Positions 37,655-48,082 of a stretch of DNA of 64,000 bases are shown one piece after another. The number at the start of each line of letters is the position of its first letter. The first letter of the stretch is position 1. The position numbers and the translations under genes are program-made. Source of the DNA: Candidatus Latescibacterota bacterium (lineage in GTDB: Bacteria > Latescibacterota > UBA2968 > GCA-2709665); NCBI GenBank assembly GCA_965208835.1, contig OZ242358.1, positions 4,256,001 through 4,320,000 of the forward strand, written 5' to 3'. The notes under the pieces are model-generated. The model saw only the letters and a list, made by a program, of their open reading frames with translations. It was not told the origin of the DNA and searched no databases.

Positions 37655-40600
37655 ATGATGGATTTCTATTTCTCCGTCTTGCCGGCGGGCCTGCTGGCCA
37701 CCGGCATATTCGTGCTGATGATAGCGGGTGCGGTCCGTACGGCCAGTGCCTCCGACAGACGCACATACTATACCGATGCCCGCATGGACGTGGTCCGCCA
37801 TAATCTGGAGCACTATGGCTGGGCCCGGGAGCACAGAGCCGAGATACTGAAAAAAGCGGAGCATTGGGCCCGCTACGGAGATGCGAAGCTGCGGACCCTC
37901 GTTTCACCCCCTCAGGTACCGCGGGGATACCAGGTACACAACGACGGGTGCCCGGTACACGGGGTCAAGGTCCACGAACAGGGGCTATACAGGTGGATAA
38001 TCGACTTTGACCGACCGTATAAAGTGACATGTCCCGTCGGCGGTGAGACGTATCCATCGAACGACTTCGAGGCATTCCTGGCCACGGGCATGCAAGACAG
38101 GTCTCTGCTGACCGGTCCTTACGCCGATGACGGTTGGGGGTGGCATCGTCCGGGAGACCCGGTACCGGCGAACTACTGGTTCGTGGCCTATTACGCACAT
38201 TGGAGCATGATGCGGTTCCTGATGGAAGCGATCGAAGTCCTGGGACAGGCGGCCGTGTTGGCTGACGAAGAAGAGAACGCGAAACGGTTTGCCCACAAGT
38301 GTGCGCTTCTGCTGTGGCAGCTGGCCGAGTATTACCCCGAATACAAATACGAACGACAGTCCAGGGAATCGAAGGAACACAATCCCGAATATACGGGCAA
38401 GTTGTTCAACAGGATCTGGGAGACGCGTCCCCCGCATACCTGCGCGATCGCTTACGACGCGGTACGGCCCTATCTGAATACCGACACCGAACTCCTGAGT
38501 CTCGCGGACAGGAACGGCCCGGAGATCCACGCCACGATCCGGGATCGGCTGCTGTGCGAGGCAGCCAGGTGCATTCTGGACGCGGCGGGTGGGCGCATCA
38601 GAGGCAACTACGGAATGCACCAGAAGGCGCTGCTGACGCTGGCACAGGTGCTGGCGGCTTCCGAAGGCCGTCCTCGCAGCGAGGAGATGGTTCAATACGT
38701 TCTGGCGAATCCGGATCCCGAGATGGCCACGGATATGGGATTACGGGATGCGCTCGAAAACCTGGTCTACCGCGATGGGATGCCGTACGAGTCGCTCGAG
38801 TACAACAAGATCTGGGTACACGACCTGACGGAACTGGCGGCGTTGATGGTGGATTCCGGTGCGAATCTGTTCGAACACCCACGGTACGGGAAACTTGTCT
38901 CCTGGGCGTTTGACGTCTGCATTGCTGGAAAATTCACCCCTTCCACCGGAGATTCGGGCGACATGTTCGCGCAGCGGAGCGCCTGGCAGCCAGCCGTATG
39001 TCAACTCGCGCTGCCGTATGTAGACGACGCCCGCCTCGCCTGGGTCCTGAAAACGCAGCCTGGAGCCCGCCAGGACCTCTTCAGCATGCCCGTTGAGGCG
39101 CAGGTCCCGGCTGGGACGGACGGCACAAAACCGGAGATCGGTCTGAGGTCCTGCCATTTTCCCGCGTATGGCATGGCCAATCTGCAGTGCGGCGACGAAA
39201 CGAACCGGTCGGCCGTCTCGTTCTTTTACGGCGACCACCAGGCCCACCGGCATTTCGACCAGTTGAACATCCTGCTCTTCTCACACGACAACGCGCTGTT
39301 GACCGACATCGGATACCCGGAACAGACGGACGCCTTCAATCACCGGCTCGCGGGTTTTTTCACCAATACGGTGGCGCACAACACGGTTGTGGTCGATGAA
39401 GTGAGGCAGGGTCGCGGGCCTGGACGGCTTCACGGACTGGTTATGGAGGGTTTCGCTCAGGCCGTTGATGCTTCCTGCGACGGGGCTTATGCCGGAAGGG
39501 TCGATGTCTACAGACGGGCAAATGTGCTGGTTGAAGCCGCACGCGGACAGCACTACCTTTTCGACGCGTTTTACGTGGACGGGGGACGGCAGCACGACTA
39601 CATGCTTCATGGCAATCAGGCGGCGTTCGACTGCCGGCCGGGGCTGGGTCCGGTCCGGAAACCGGGCACGCTGGCAGGCGAGGACGTGCCCTACGAGCAG
39701 TTCTACGACGACCCCGGTCTGAAGGGCAAGCGACTGTCAAGCGTGCCATACACGGGTTACCGGGGCAGCGGTTACCAGTTCTTGTACAATGTGCAGAAAG
39801 GAAACTTGACCGGAGAGGCAACCGCTGAATGGCGCCTTACGAAGCCCATTGCAGACCAGCCGGAACGCCCGTGGCGGGGCATCGGACTTCGGGCCCATCT
39901 GATTGGAAGAGACGAGGAGCTGTTCGCGTGCGATGGGCCGGTACAGAAATACAAGTACCTGCCCGAGAGCGTGAAATTCCTTGTGCGCAGGCGTACCGGC
40001 ACCAATCTTTCAAGCGTGTTCGCCACGGTATTCGAACCCTATAGGGAGACAACGTGGATCCGTCGCGCGACACGGATAGAACTGACGCCGGACGGTTTTC
40101 AGGCGGCCGCCGTCAGGGTGGACCTGGAAGACGGGAGCACGCACTATCTGTTCCACGCCCTGGACGCGGACAGGATGTATACGTTGCAGAACGACATCAG
40201 AATAGCTGGACAGCTGGCGATTCTGGCGTTGGACGAAACGGGTCGGCCCGTCCGGGCGATGCTGTTCAACGGCAGGACGCTGGAGACGGACGGTTTGCGG
40301 CTGGAGGGAGAGGGAATGCGCCGCAGCCGGATCGGGTCCGTGGATTACGGGCGCGGGACCATCGAACTCGCCGATGCCGTGATCGAGGACACCCTCCGGG
40401 CCGGACAGGCCATTCCGGTGGTCTCGGATGGATTCTCCGACAGCGTAACGTTGTCGAAAGTGATTGACCGACGGCGATTCTCTATCGGGGATGAAGACGT
40501 GAACGTGGCCGGCGGGCCGGTGCTGGATGTGCGTGCCGACCGCCTTCTCACGAGCGCGTCCAATCCGCACGCGCACGCAGGTATGACCCTGCTGAACAGC

Positions 40601-40804
40601 CTGAGAGAACCGCAGGGACGGCTGGCCGCGAAGGTGGACGGCGGATGGCGGATCGACCGCGAAGGTAGACGACCGATGACGATGGAAGACTTCCCGGTGG
40701 CCGACGGCGACGCCGGACCCAGGTATTCGGTCGCCATGGTCGGCGCCGGCGATTGGCTGGAGGTTCCGGACCTTGTACAATTCCAGGGCGTCGAAGGCGC
40801 GTGA
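37655..40804 (+). CDS. Heparinase II/III-like protein (putative polysaccharide lyase)
   Basis: GNYGMHQ, DGMPYESLEYN, AHRHFDQLNI, DIGYP, TVAHNTVVVD. Confidence 0.8.
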   Translation: MMDFYFSVLPAGLLATGIFVLMIAGAVRTASASDRRTYYTDARMDVVRHNLEHYGWAREHRAEILKKAEHWARYGDAKLRTLVSPPQVPRGYQVHNDGCPVHGVKVHEQGLYRWIIDFDRPYKVTCPVGGETYPSNDFEAFLATGMQDRSLLTGPYADDGWGWHRPGDPVPANYWFVAYYAHWSMMRFLMEAIEVLGQAAVLADEEENAKRFAHKCALLLWQLAEYYPEYKYERQSRESKEHNPEYTGKLFNRIWETRPPHTCAIAYDAVRPYLNTDTELLSLADRNGPEIHATIRDRLLCEAARCILDAAGGRIRGNYGMHQKALLTLAQVLAASEGRPRSEEMVQYVLANPDPEMATDMGLRDALENLVYRDGMPYESLEYNKIWVHDLTELAALMVDSGANLFEHPRYGKLVSWAFDVCIAGKFTPSTGDSGDMFAQRSAWQPAVCQLALPYVDDARLAWVLKTQPGARQDLFSMPVEAQVPAGTDGTKPEIGLRSCHFPAYGMANLQCGDETNRSAVSFFYGDHQAHRHFDQLNILLFSHDNALLTDIGYPEQTDAFNHRLAGFFTNTVAHNTVVVDEVRQGRGPGRLHGLVMEGFAQAVDASCDGAYAGRVDVYRRANVLVEAARGQHYLFDAFYVDGGRQHDYMLHGNQAAFDCRPGLGPVRKPGTLAGEDVPYEQFYDDPGLKGKRLSSVPYTGYRGSGYQFLYNVQKGNLTGEATAEWRLTKPIADQPERPWRGIGLRAHLIGRDEELFACDGPVQKYKYLPESVKFLVRRRTGTNLSSVFATVFEPYRETTWIRRATRIELTPDGFQAAAVRVDLEDGSTHYLFHALDADRMYTLQNDIRIAGQLAILALDETGRPVRAMLFNGRTLETDGLRLEGEGMRRSRIGSVDYGRGTIELADAVIEDTLRAGQAIPVVSDGFSDSVTLSKVIDRRRFSIGDEDVNVAGGPVLDVRADRLLTSASNPHAHAGMTLLNSLREPQGRLAAKVDGGWRIDREGRRPMTMEDFPVADGDAGPRYSVAMVGAGDWLEVPDLVQFQGVEGA

Positions 40805-40816
40805 ACGGGTTATCCA

Positions 40817-41821
40817 ATGGCGAATAAACAAAAGACCATCGCCGCGCTCAAAGCGGTTCGCGGAAACGGCGTGGCATGGCTATTGAGCCATCTGAATGCG
40901 GACGGGTCCCTGGGAGACCCCACGGAGGGCTTTCACTTCTACAGGGCGCCGTGGACGTTCGCCATTGTCGGCGAAACCGGGGCGGCGGCGGCAGTCTGCA
41001 GCTGGATCCGGCGGGAGATGTTGACCGAACAGGGAAGGATCGAGGGGCCCTGCCGTGTGTTTGACGATGCGTACGCCTATCGGAATGCCACGCTGATCGT
41101 CGGAGCGCATCTCGCGCGGCAGTACGATCTGAGCTACGGGCTGATGCCGGACCTGCTGTCATGGCAGGATCGGACATCCGGAGGATTTCACAACGACCGG
41201 CTGCCCGACGGCGGCATGAGCGACCGCCTGGATATTCCGTACGCGTGCGGGCCCGGACTGGCGTGCCTGGCGACCGGCCGCCTGGATGTCGCGCAATCCG
41301 TTTACCGGTTCCTGCGGCGGATTTACTCGGCTCAGAAGAACTTGCCCGAAACCTTTTACTATGCATGGTCCTGCAGAAAAGGCGGTGTGATTACCGACTA
41401 TTCGAATGACGATGGCTTCTGGCACGTGGTGGAGAACCGTGTGGATCGCCGGCAGCGCTGGACCGTTGGGGGCATTGCGGCCGGATTCCTGTGCCGTCTC
41501 TACCTGGCGGAACCCCGCTCCGAATACCTCGCACTTGCGCGGAGCTATCAGGCCTTCTCGATGGCGGCGTCGGATGCGCAGTTCAAGTATGCCCAGGTCT
41601 GCAAGAGCAGCTGGGGAAGCTCGCTCCTGTATCTGCTGACGGGCGAACGTGCGTACCTGGAATGGTCATGCCGCATGGGCGACTGGTATGTTCAGACGCA
41701 AGAGCCTGAAGGTTGCTGGCACTGGACCGGATACGAGACACAGGGATCGCGCATCGAACTGACGCTGGAATTCGTCATGCACGTGGACACGCTGATAGGC
41801 GGCCTGGCGTCCCGGACGTGA
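40817..41821 (+). CDS. Hypothetical protein, probable (alpha/alpha) toroid fold
   Basis: Aromatic-rich helical repeats (WQDRTSGGF, QTQEPEGCW); operonic spacing. Confidence 0.6.
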   Translation: MANKQKTIAALKAVRGNGVAWLLSHLNADGSLGDPTEGFHFYRAPWTFAIVGETGAAAAVCSWIRREMLTEQGRIEGPCRVFDDAYAYRNATLIVGAHLARQYDLSYGLMPDLLSWQDRTSGGFHNDRLPDGGMSDRLDIPYACGPGLACLATGRLDVAQSVYRFLRRIYSAQKNLPETFYYAWSCRKGGVITDYSNDDGFWHVVENRVDRRQRWTVGGIAAGFLCRLYLAEPRSEYLALARSYQAFSMAASDAQFKYAQVCKSSWGSSLLYLLTGERAYLEWSCRMGDWYVQTQEPEGCWHWTGYETQGSRIELTLEFVMHVDTLIGGLASRT

Positions 41822-41840
41822 CTTCCAGGGAGGATTCATC

Positions 41841-42854
41841 TTGCGGGTTCTTGCGACGGGGGCGACCGGGCGAATCGGGCAGCATCTGGTGCGCGCGCTG
41901 ACCGATGCCGGGCATGCCGTCAGGGCGCTGGTGGTGCCTCACGATAACCGGGCGGCGGATCTGCCATCGGGCGTGGACGTCGTCTTCGGACGGCTCGAGG
42001 AACCCGCCTCGCTCGGCGCCGCGGTGGACGGTGTGGACGCGGTCTTCCACCTTGCCGGCGCGTTGACGTCTCGAGGCTGCCGCGAGGAAGAATTCGTCCG
42101 GGTCAACGTCCAGGGCACGTTTCATCTGCTGAGAGCAGTCCGCGACCGGGTCCCCGAACTGGCCCACTTTGTCTACGCCAGCAGCGATGCCGTCTATTTG
42201 GAGAAACCGGATGAGGACGCCCGGTACCTTCCGGTGGACGAAGATTATCCCCTGTTGGCGGGCTCGGTCTACGGCGCCAGCAAGATTGCCGGCGAGGAAC
42301 TCTGTCTGAGTTTCAGCCGCGGTTTTGGCATACCTGTAACGGTCCTTCGCTTTGGCGCAACGGCGGATGCCCGGGAACTCGTCAATCCGAACAGCGTGTT
42401 CGCGCGCTGGTTGTTTCTCCGCGCGGCAATCGACCACGTCAGGGCGATAACTGCTGCCAATGGCGCGCAGCTGGAGACGCAATCGACACTTGAAACGCTG
42501 TGCAACGGCGGCGAGCAGCTTGTCGTCTACGCGGATCGCGACGGTAACCCTGAGGTCAGGCAGTGGGCGGACGCCCGTGATATCGCGGCGGGATGTTTGC
42601 GCGTACTGGGGTCAGCGGCGGCGGTGGGAGAGGTATTCAATATGGGAGGACGCGAACCGCATTGCGCGGAGGCGTTCGTTGACTTTCTGGCCGCTCGGTT
42701 GGAATTGCCCCATATAAAGGCCTGCATTCCCACCGCGCGACGGCCCTGGTTTATTGCCAGCGGCAAGGCGGAACGACTGCTGGGCTATGAAGCCCGGTAC
42801 ACGGTGTACGATATGGTCGACGACGCTATTCAGACGCGGGAGACGCCCGTATGA
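41841..42854 (+). CDS. NAD-dependent epimerase/dehydratase
   Basis: TGATGRIG, YASSDAVY, YGASK; TTG start after AGGGAGG. Confidence 0.87.
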   Translation: MRVLATGATGRIGQHLVRALTDAGHAVRALVVPHDNRAADLPSGVDVVFGRLEEPASLGAAVDGVDAVFHLAGALTSRGCREEEFVRVNVQGTFHLLRAVRDRVPELAHFVYASSDAVYLEKPDEDARYLPVDEDYPLLAGSVYGASKIAGEELCLSFSRGFGIPVTVLRFGATADARELVNPNSVFARWLFLRAAIDHVRAITAANGAQLETQSTLETLCNGGEQLVVYADRDGNPEVRQWADARDIAAGCLRVLGSAAAVGEVFNMGGREPHCAEAFVDFLAARLELPHIKACIPTARRPWFIASGKAERLLGYEARYTVYDMVDDAIQTRETPV

Positions 42855-43618
42855 ACCTTGCGTGCTGTATATGGGCTATCGAGGGCTCCGAAGACCGGGT
42901 CGCGGCGCGTGCGGCCGCGTTGGGGTTCGATTGGATCGACGTAAGGCCGTTCGCGTTTTCTTCGGACGGAGCACGGCGTAAAATCCGGGAGCACGGGCTC
43001 ATGGTTTCCTGTATCGCAGCGTCGTTCGGTATGCCGGAAGACGCCCGGTTGAGCAGTCCCGATCGCGACGCCCGGCTGGGAGCCGCTTCCTATCTCGATC
43101 GGACGCTGGCCTTTGGCGCAGCGCTGGGCGCTTCAGCCGCGTACGTCGTTCCGGATGAAGACCCGTCGTCTCTGGACAGATACGCGGCGGAATTGGAGAA
43201 GCTGGCCGAACGGGGAGACGCAATGGGCGTGCGGGTGTGCGTGGAACACTTCCCGGGTTCCGCACTCCCAACCGCCGCGGGGACGATCGCGTTCCTGCGG
43301 GACGTGGGACATCCCAACCTGTTCCTGCTGCTGGATATCGGCCATGCGCAGATGTCTGACGAAGATCCGGCAGCCGTGGTTTCAGAAGCGGGACCGCTGC
43401 TGGGATATGTCCATCTGGACGACAATGACGGTTCGCGCGACTTGCACCTGGCTCTGACGGACGGCATGCTGACCGAAGCAGCGCTGGTTGATACCGTTTC
43501 CGCCCTTGCCGATATCGGTTACCGCGGGAATCTGAGTCTCGAGTTACATCCGGAATTGCCCGATCCGCTCGATGCCCTCCGGCGAAGCCGGGAGATCGTT
43601 CTGAACGCGATGGGGTGA
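42851..43618 (+). CDS. Sugar phosphate isomerase/epimerase (TIM barrel)
   Basis: VEHFP, LDIGH, VHLDDNDG..DLHL, SLE; ATGA overlap. Confidence 0.83.
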   Translation: MNLACCIWAIEGSEDRVAARAAALGFDWIDVRPFAFSSDGARRKIREHGLMVSCIAASFGMPEDARLSSPDRDARLGAASYLDRTLAFGAALGASAAYVVPDEDPSSLDRYAAELEKLAERGDAMGVRVCVEHFPGSALPTAAGTIAFLRDVGHPNLFLLLDIGHAQMSDEDPAAVVSEAGPLLGYVHLDDNDGSRDLHLALTDGMLTEAALVDTVSALADIGYRGNLSLELHPELPDPLDALRRSREIVLNAMG

Positions 43619-43723
43619 AGGGCGGACATTATCCGAAGTCCGCGGCGGGTCGACAACAGCATGTGGTTCATACCTGCGTGTGGTACGTGCGGGTTTGCCA
43701 TCAATAGAAACGCAGGTATTGAT

Positions 43724-43990
43724 TCAGACCCTGTGTTTGGGAGGGCGAGCCGGAACGCCTGCGAGCATGCCCTGAGCGCTTATGTCTTCATCGATGTCGG
43801 GCCAACGGACTCCTATCCCATCGCCGATAATTTCGTAGTTGGCGCGTTCCTCCGGTGTGGCCTCCGACAGCCGCCACGACCAGACAAGAGGAACACTGAT
43901 TGTGCGACCGTCTACAAAGTCAGCTGTGATGGAGTCGTCAGTAACCCGGACAAGCTGAATTCTCGGTTCTGAACTACCCGCAATGTTCAT
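43724..43990 (-). CDS. DUF2442 protein (putative antitoxin)
   Basis: DGRTISVPLVWSWRLSEATPEER..GVRWPDIDEDIS. Confidence 0.87.
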   Translation of the reverse strand: MNIAGSSEPRIQLVRVTDDSITADFVDGRTISVPLVWSWRLSEATPEERANYEIIGDGIGVRWPDIDEDISAQGMLAGVPARPPKHRV

Positions 43991-44210
43991 CCCAGTTCTC
44001 CAGGATCAGAATTACATTCGCGCGGATTGCTCTACGAATTCGGTTGAGTTCATGAGGCGAAAAACCCTGATTCCTGCAAAGACTGATCGGTTCGAGCCAA
44101 AATTTGCAGATCCGTTTTTCCCGCTGAACGTGTACATGTTTCGGTTCATTGTAGTCGAAGCTGAAGAAGAAGAATCGATAGGGACCGGTAATGTCTCTGA
44201 TAGTTGGCAT
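43974..44210 (-). CDS. DUF4160 protein (putative toxin)
   Basis: GPYRFFFFSFDYNEPKHVHV...KFWLEP; overlaps the DUF2442 gene; low GC. Confidence 0.87.
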   Translation of the reverse strand: MPTIRDITGPYRFFFFSFDYNEPKHVHVQREKRICKFWLEPISLCRNQGFSPHELNRIRRAIRANVILILENWDEHCG

Positions 44211-44520
44211 TCTTGCAGATATCGACCCAGCAATCCAAAGATTAGCGAAAATCCGCCACAATGGCAACGGTTCAGTGTTGAGTCGGATGTCCATGACCTG
44301 AGACAGCCGGTCAGAATTCGCGTATGTAACCCCGTGAATATATGCCGAATTATTATTGAAATCAATAGAGTTCAAGTTGCCCGATAAGGACCTGCAATAA
44401 GGGAGTCTACCAATATTCAATTGGCGCCATCGAAGGCAGGTGAGTCAAAGCCAATGAACGATCCACTGTCTCTCCGTAGAGGGCAGACGAGTCAATTCAT
44501 CCACGATTGAAGAGGCCAGA

Positions 44521-45627
44521 ATGCGAATAGACAGCGACAGAGTCTACCTGTTTCGAGCCCAGATTGAGGGAAACGAGGCGCCATTCGAGGCATACAGGGA
44601 CCTTGCCCAAGCTGCATTGCGGCTCGTGGACCTCGCGCTGCCGGAAGAAGGAACCGTGCTGCTCAAGCCGAATGCGACTGTACTGTTTCCCGCTGAGAAA
44701 CGCATTGTAACGCACCCGGGATTTCTGGCGGGCATGGCCGACGCGCTCGTGGAAAAAGGCGTCGACGCAGGCAGACTGGTGGTTGCCGACGGACAATCCG
44801 GAGAACAACCGGAAAACGGGAATACGTGGAAGGGGGCGGGGTACACGACGATGGCCGACAGCAGAAAGCTGACGTTAGCCGAATTGAACGACCGCCCCAG
44901 CCGGAATGTGCAGGTGCCCGGCGGGGTAGTTTTCGAAGCCTATCCCATTTATCGGGAGGTGACCGACTGCGGGTTCTTTTTCAATGTACCGCTGGCGAAG
45001 TGCCACAACCTGGGATGTACGACCCTGGCGGTCAAGAACCTGATGGGAATTCTCGCGCGGCCGGAGCGCCATCTTTGTCATATCCAGGATGTAGACAAGC
45101 CGTACGAAAGCGACTTATGGAGGCTGACCGAGAGCGGCCTGAGTCTGTTCGAGGACCGGTTCTACCACAAGTTGTGCGACCTGGTGGCCGCGCTGCGTTC
45201 ACTGGATATTCCGCGGCTCTGCATGGTCGACGGGTTGGTCGGAAGAGACGGTACCGCGTTCAACGAGGGCGAGAATCATCCGTTGGGGTGGACCCTGATC
45301 GGAGAGAACGAGGTCCACGTGGACACGGTTGCGACGTATCTGATGGGCCTTGACCCCGAGACCACACCCTATCTCAGGTTTGCAGCCCTGCGAGGATTGG
45401 GCAGCAACAGGCTGGATGAGATCGAGGTGGTAGATCTGGCGGGCGGCGGGGTGATGGACCCGCAAGCGCTGGCACGGATTCGATCGAAGAAGGTTTTGAT
45501 GCCGATCGCCCGTTACGAGGGCGGTTATTATGATCGGTACCGGGCAGACGGTTCCGTTGTACCCTGGCGGATTGACGATGTGAACGAACAGCGACGCTCG
45601 GACGGATTGGAACCCGTTGAGATGTAG
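44521..45627 (+). CDS. DUF362 domain-containing protein
   Basis: VLLKPN, VTHP, AKCH, TLAVKNLMG, VDG, VDTVA. Confidence 0.82.
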   Translation: MRIDSDRVYLFRAQIEGNEAPFEAYRDLAQAALRLVDLALPEEGTVLLKPNATVLFPAEKRIVTHPGFLAGMADALVEKGVDAGRLVVADGQSGEQPENGNTWKGAGYTTMADSRKLTLAELNDRPSRNVQVPGGVVFEAYPIYREVTDCGFFFNVPLAKCHNLGCTTLAVKNLMGILARPERHLCHIQDVDKPYESDLWRLTESGLSLFEDRFYHKLCDLVAALRSLDIPRLCMVDGLVGRDGTAFNEGENHPLGWTLIGENEVHVDTVATYLMGLDPETTPYLRFAALRGLGSNRLDEIEVVDLAGGGVMDPQALARIRSKKVLMPIARYEGGYYDRYRADGSVVPWRIDDVNEQRRSDGLEPVEM

Positions 45628-45678
45628 CCCGGGCAAACCCGGTGAAGCCACTGCTTGTCAACCTGACACGAAGGCAAG

Positions 45679-48045
45679 ATGAATCAGGCCTCTGAAGCAC
45701 CCGAATACCGGATGCCACCGGTAGAAATCTCGGCGCTGTTGGACGCGCAAACCACACCGGACTTCAGCATCGACCCCGATGGGCGGTGGATGCTCGTTCT
45801 TTCGAAGCCGAGCCTGCCGCCCATATCGGAACTGGCCCGACCGGAATTGCGTCTGGCGGGAATGCGCATCGACCCCGACGCCAACGGTCCTAGCCGGTCC
45901 GGGTATTACACGGGGCTGACGCTGAAACGGATCTCGGATGGCAGGGAACGCCAGATCAGGGGGCTGCCGAAGGGAGGCCGCATCGGGTTGCCGCGATGGG
46001 CGCCGGACGGGAGCCGTGTCGCCTTTACGGTTCGCGACGGACAGGGAATCAGACTCTGGTGGGCCGGCGTGGACTCAGGTGTTGCGCGGCAGGTGTCGGA
46101 GATCCGTTTGAATGGCATCTTCGGCGCGCCATTCGCCTGGATACCATCCGGACCGGAGCGAGTCCCTTCGCTGATCGTCCGGGCTGTTCCGGAGGAACGG
46201 GGCGAAGTCCCGGAAGCGCCTCGGGTTCCGCAGGGTCCCGAGATCCGGGAAAACACGGGCCAACTGGCGCCGTCACGAACCTGGCAGGACCTGCTGACAG
46301 GGGCGCATGACGAAACGCTCTTCGAATACTATGCAACCTCCCGGCTGGTAGTAATTGCACCGGATGGTAGCGAGCGGTACGTGGGCGCGCCCGGAATCAT
46401 CCGCCGTGCCGAGCCGGCGCCGGGAGGCTGCCACCTGCTGGTGGAAACCCTCCACCAACCATTTTCGTACCTGGTGCCGCACTATCGATTTCCTGTCCGG
46501 ATTGAAGTATGGCATCTGGACGGCCGGCTGATTCGCGAACTGGTCGATGCACCCCTGGCGGAGAACGTACCGATCGCGTTCGATGCCGTACGCGATGGGC
46601 CGCGCTCGTTCCGGTGGCGTAACGACGCGGAGGCGACGGTGTGCTGGGTGGAAGCGCAGGATGGCGGCGACCCGGCAGCAGAGACGGAAATCCGGGATCG
46701 CGTGTACACGCTTTCCGAGCCCTTCGATCGCGCACCGGCGTCGTTGCAGTCTCTCGAGCTCCGTTACGCCGGGGTTACGTGGGGAAACGGCGCGATGGCG
46801 CTGGTGACCGAGCGCTGGTGGAAGACCCGCCGGACGAGGACCTGGCGGTTTGCCCCGGATGCGGATTCCCGCGACCGGGAACTGCTCTTCGACCGGTGCT
46901 GGGAAGACCGGTACGGTGATCCGGGTACGCCGGTGACGACGTCGAATCCCGCAGGGCGGAGGGTGTTGCTGACCGGTGACAGCGGCCGACACCTTTTCCT
47001 GGCGGGCGGCGGGGCATCTCCGGAGGGGGACTTCCCTTTCCTGGACAGGTTCGATCTGAAAACGAAATCGGTGGAACGGACCTGGCAATGCGAACCGCCG
47101 TATTATGAACAACCCGTCAGATTGATGGATGAGGCCGACGGTGTGTTGTTGACGTTGCAGGAAACGGCACAGCGTCCGCCAAACGTGTTTTTGCGGACGC
47201 TGGAGACAGGGAACATCCGGCAACTGACTGAATTTCCCCACCCGGCGCCGCAGCTGTCGAAAGTGCGGAAGGAAATCATCCGGTACGGGCGGGCCGACGG
47301 GACCGGCCTGAACGGCACCTTGTATCTGCCGCCAGAGTATTCAGATGACGACGGTCCGCTGCCCTTGCTGATGTGGGCGTATCCGCGTGAGTACAAAAGC
47401 GCCGGTGCGGCCGCACAGGTGACGGGCTCCCGGTATCGATTCACTCGTGTGACCTGGACGTCCCCGCTGCCCTGGTTGACGCAGGGATACGCGGTCCTGG
47501 ACGGACCTTCCATGCCGATTGTTGAACAGGACGGCGTGGACGCCAACGATTCGTACGTGACCCAGTTGGTATCCAGCGCAGAAGCGGCCGTGGAGGAAGT
47601 CGTGCGCCGGGGTGTTGCGGACCGTGACCGCATTGCGATCGGCGGGCATTCCTACGGCGGGTTTATGGCAGCGAATCTCCTGGCGCACAGCGATCTGTTC
47701 AAGGCGGGAATCGCCCGGAGCGGTGCATACAACCGTACGCTGACGCCGTTTGGTTTTCAGTGTGAAGAGCGTACGCTCTGGCAGGCGCCGGAGGTCTATC
47801 ACGCCATGTCGGCATTCATGCATGCCGACAAGATCAAGGCGCCGCTGTTGTTGATACATGGCCAGGCCGACAACAATTCCGGGACATTTCCCCTGCAGAG
47901 CGAGCGGCTATATAACGCGCTGAAGGGTCACGGCGCGACAACCCGACTGGTGATGCTGCCCCACGAGAGCCACGGATACACGGCCCGTGAGTCGGTCATG
48001 CATGTGTTCTGGGAAATGACGGAATGGCTGGCACGGCACCTCTGA
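45679..48045 (+). CDS. S9 family prolyl oligopeptidase-like serine peptidase
   Basis: GGHSYGG, ARSGAYNRTLTPFGFQ, HGQADNNSGT, ESHGY. Confidence 0.9.
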   Translation: MNQASEAPEYRMPPVEISALLDAQTTPDFSIDPDGRWMLVLSKPSLPPISELARPELRLAGMRIDPDANGPSRSGYYTGLTLKRISDGRERQIRGLPKGGRIGLPRWAPDGSRVAFTVRDGQGIRLWWAGVDSGVARQVSEIRLNGIFGAPFAWIPSGPERVPSLIVRAVPEERGEVPEAPRVPQGPEIRENTGQLAPSRTWQDLLTGAHDETLFEYYATSRLVVIAPDGSERYVGAPGIIRRAEPAPGGCHLLVETLHQPFSYLVPHYRFPVRIEVWHLDGRLIRELVDAPLAENVPIAFDAVRDGPRSFRWRNDAEATVCWVEAQDGGDPAAETEIRDRVYTLSEPFDRAPASLQSLELRYAGVTWGNGAMALVTERWWKTRRTRTWRFAPDADSRDRELLFDRCWEDRYGDPGTPVTTSNPAGRRVLLTGDSGRHLFLAGGGASPEGDFPFLDRFDLKTKSVERTWQCEPPYYEQPVRLMDEADGVLLTLQETAQRPPNVFLRTLETGNIRQLTEFPHPAPQLSKVRKEIIRYGRADGTGLNGTLYLPPEYSDDDGPLPLLMWAYPREYKSAGAAAQVTGSRYRFTRVTWTSPLPWLTQGYAVLDGPSMPIVEQDGVDANDSYVTQLVSSAEAAVEEVVRRGVADRDRIAIGGHSYGGFMAANLLAHSDLFKAGIARSGAYNRTLTPFGFQCEERTLWQAPEVYHAMSAFMHADKIKAPLLLIHGQADNNSGTFPLQSERLYNALKGHGATTRLVMLPHESHGYTARESVMHVFWEMTEWLARHL

Positions 48046-48082
48046 GAGACCACTCAGTGAACTCGTTCAAGGGTTGAAGAGA

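Noticed and set aside
43724-44210. Novelty of the DUF4160/DUF2442 pair
   Set aside because: A common, already recognised putative toxin-antitoxin pair; listed as features only.
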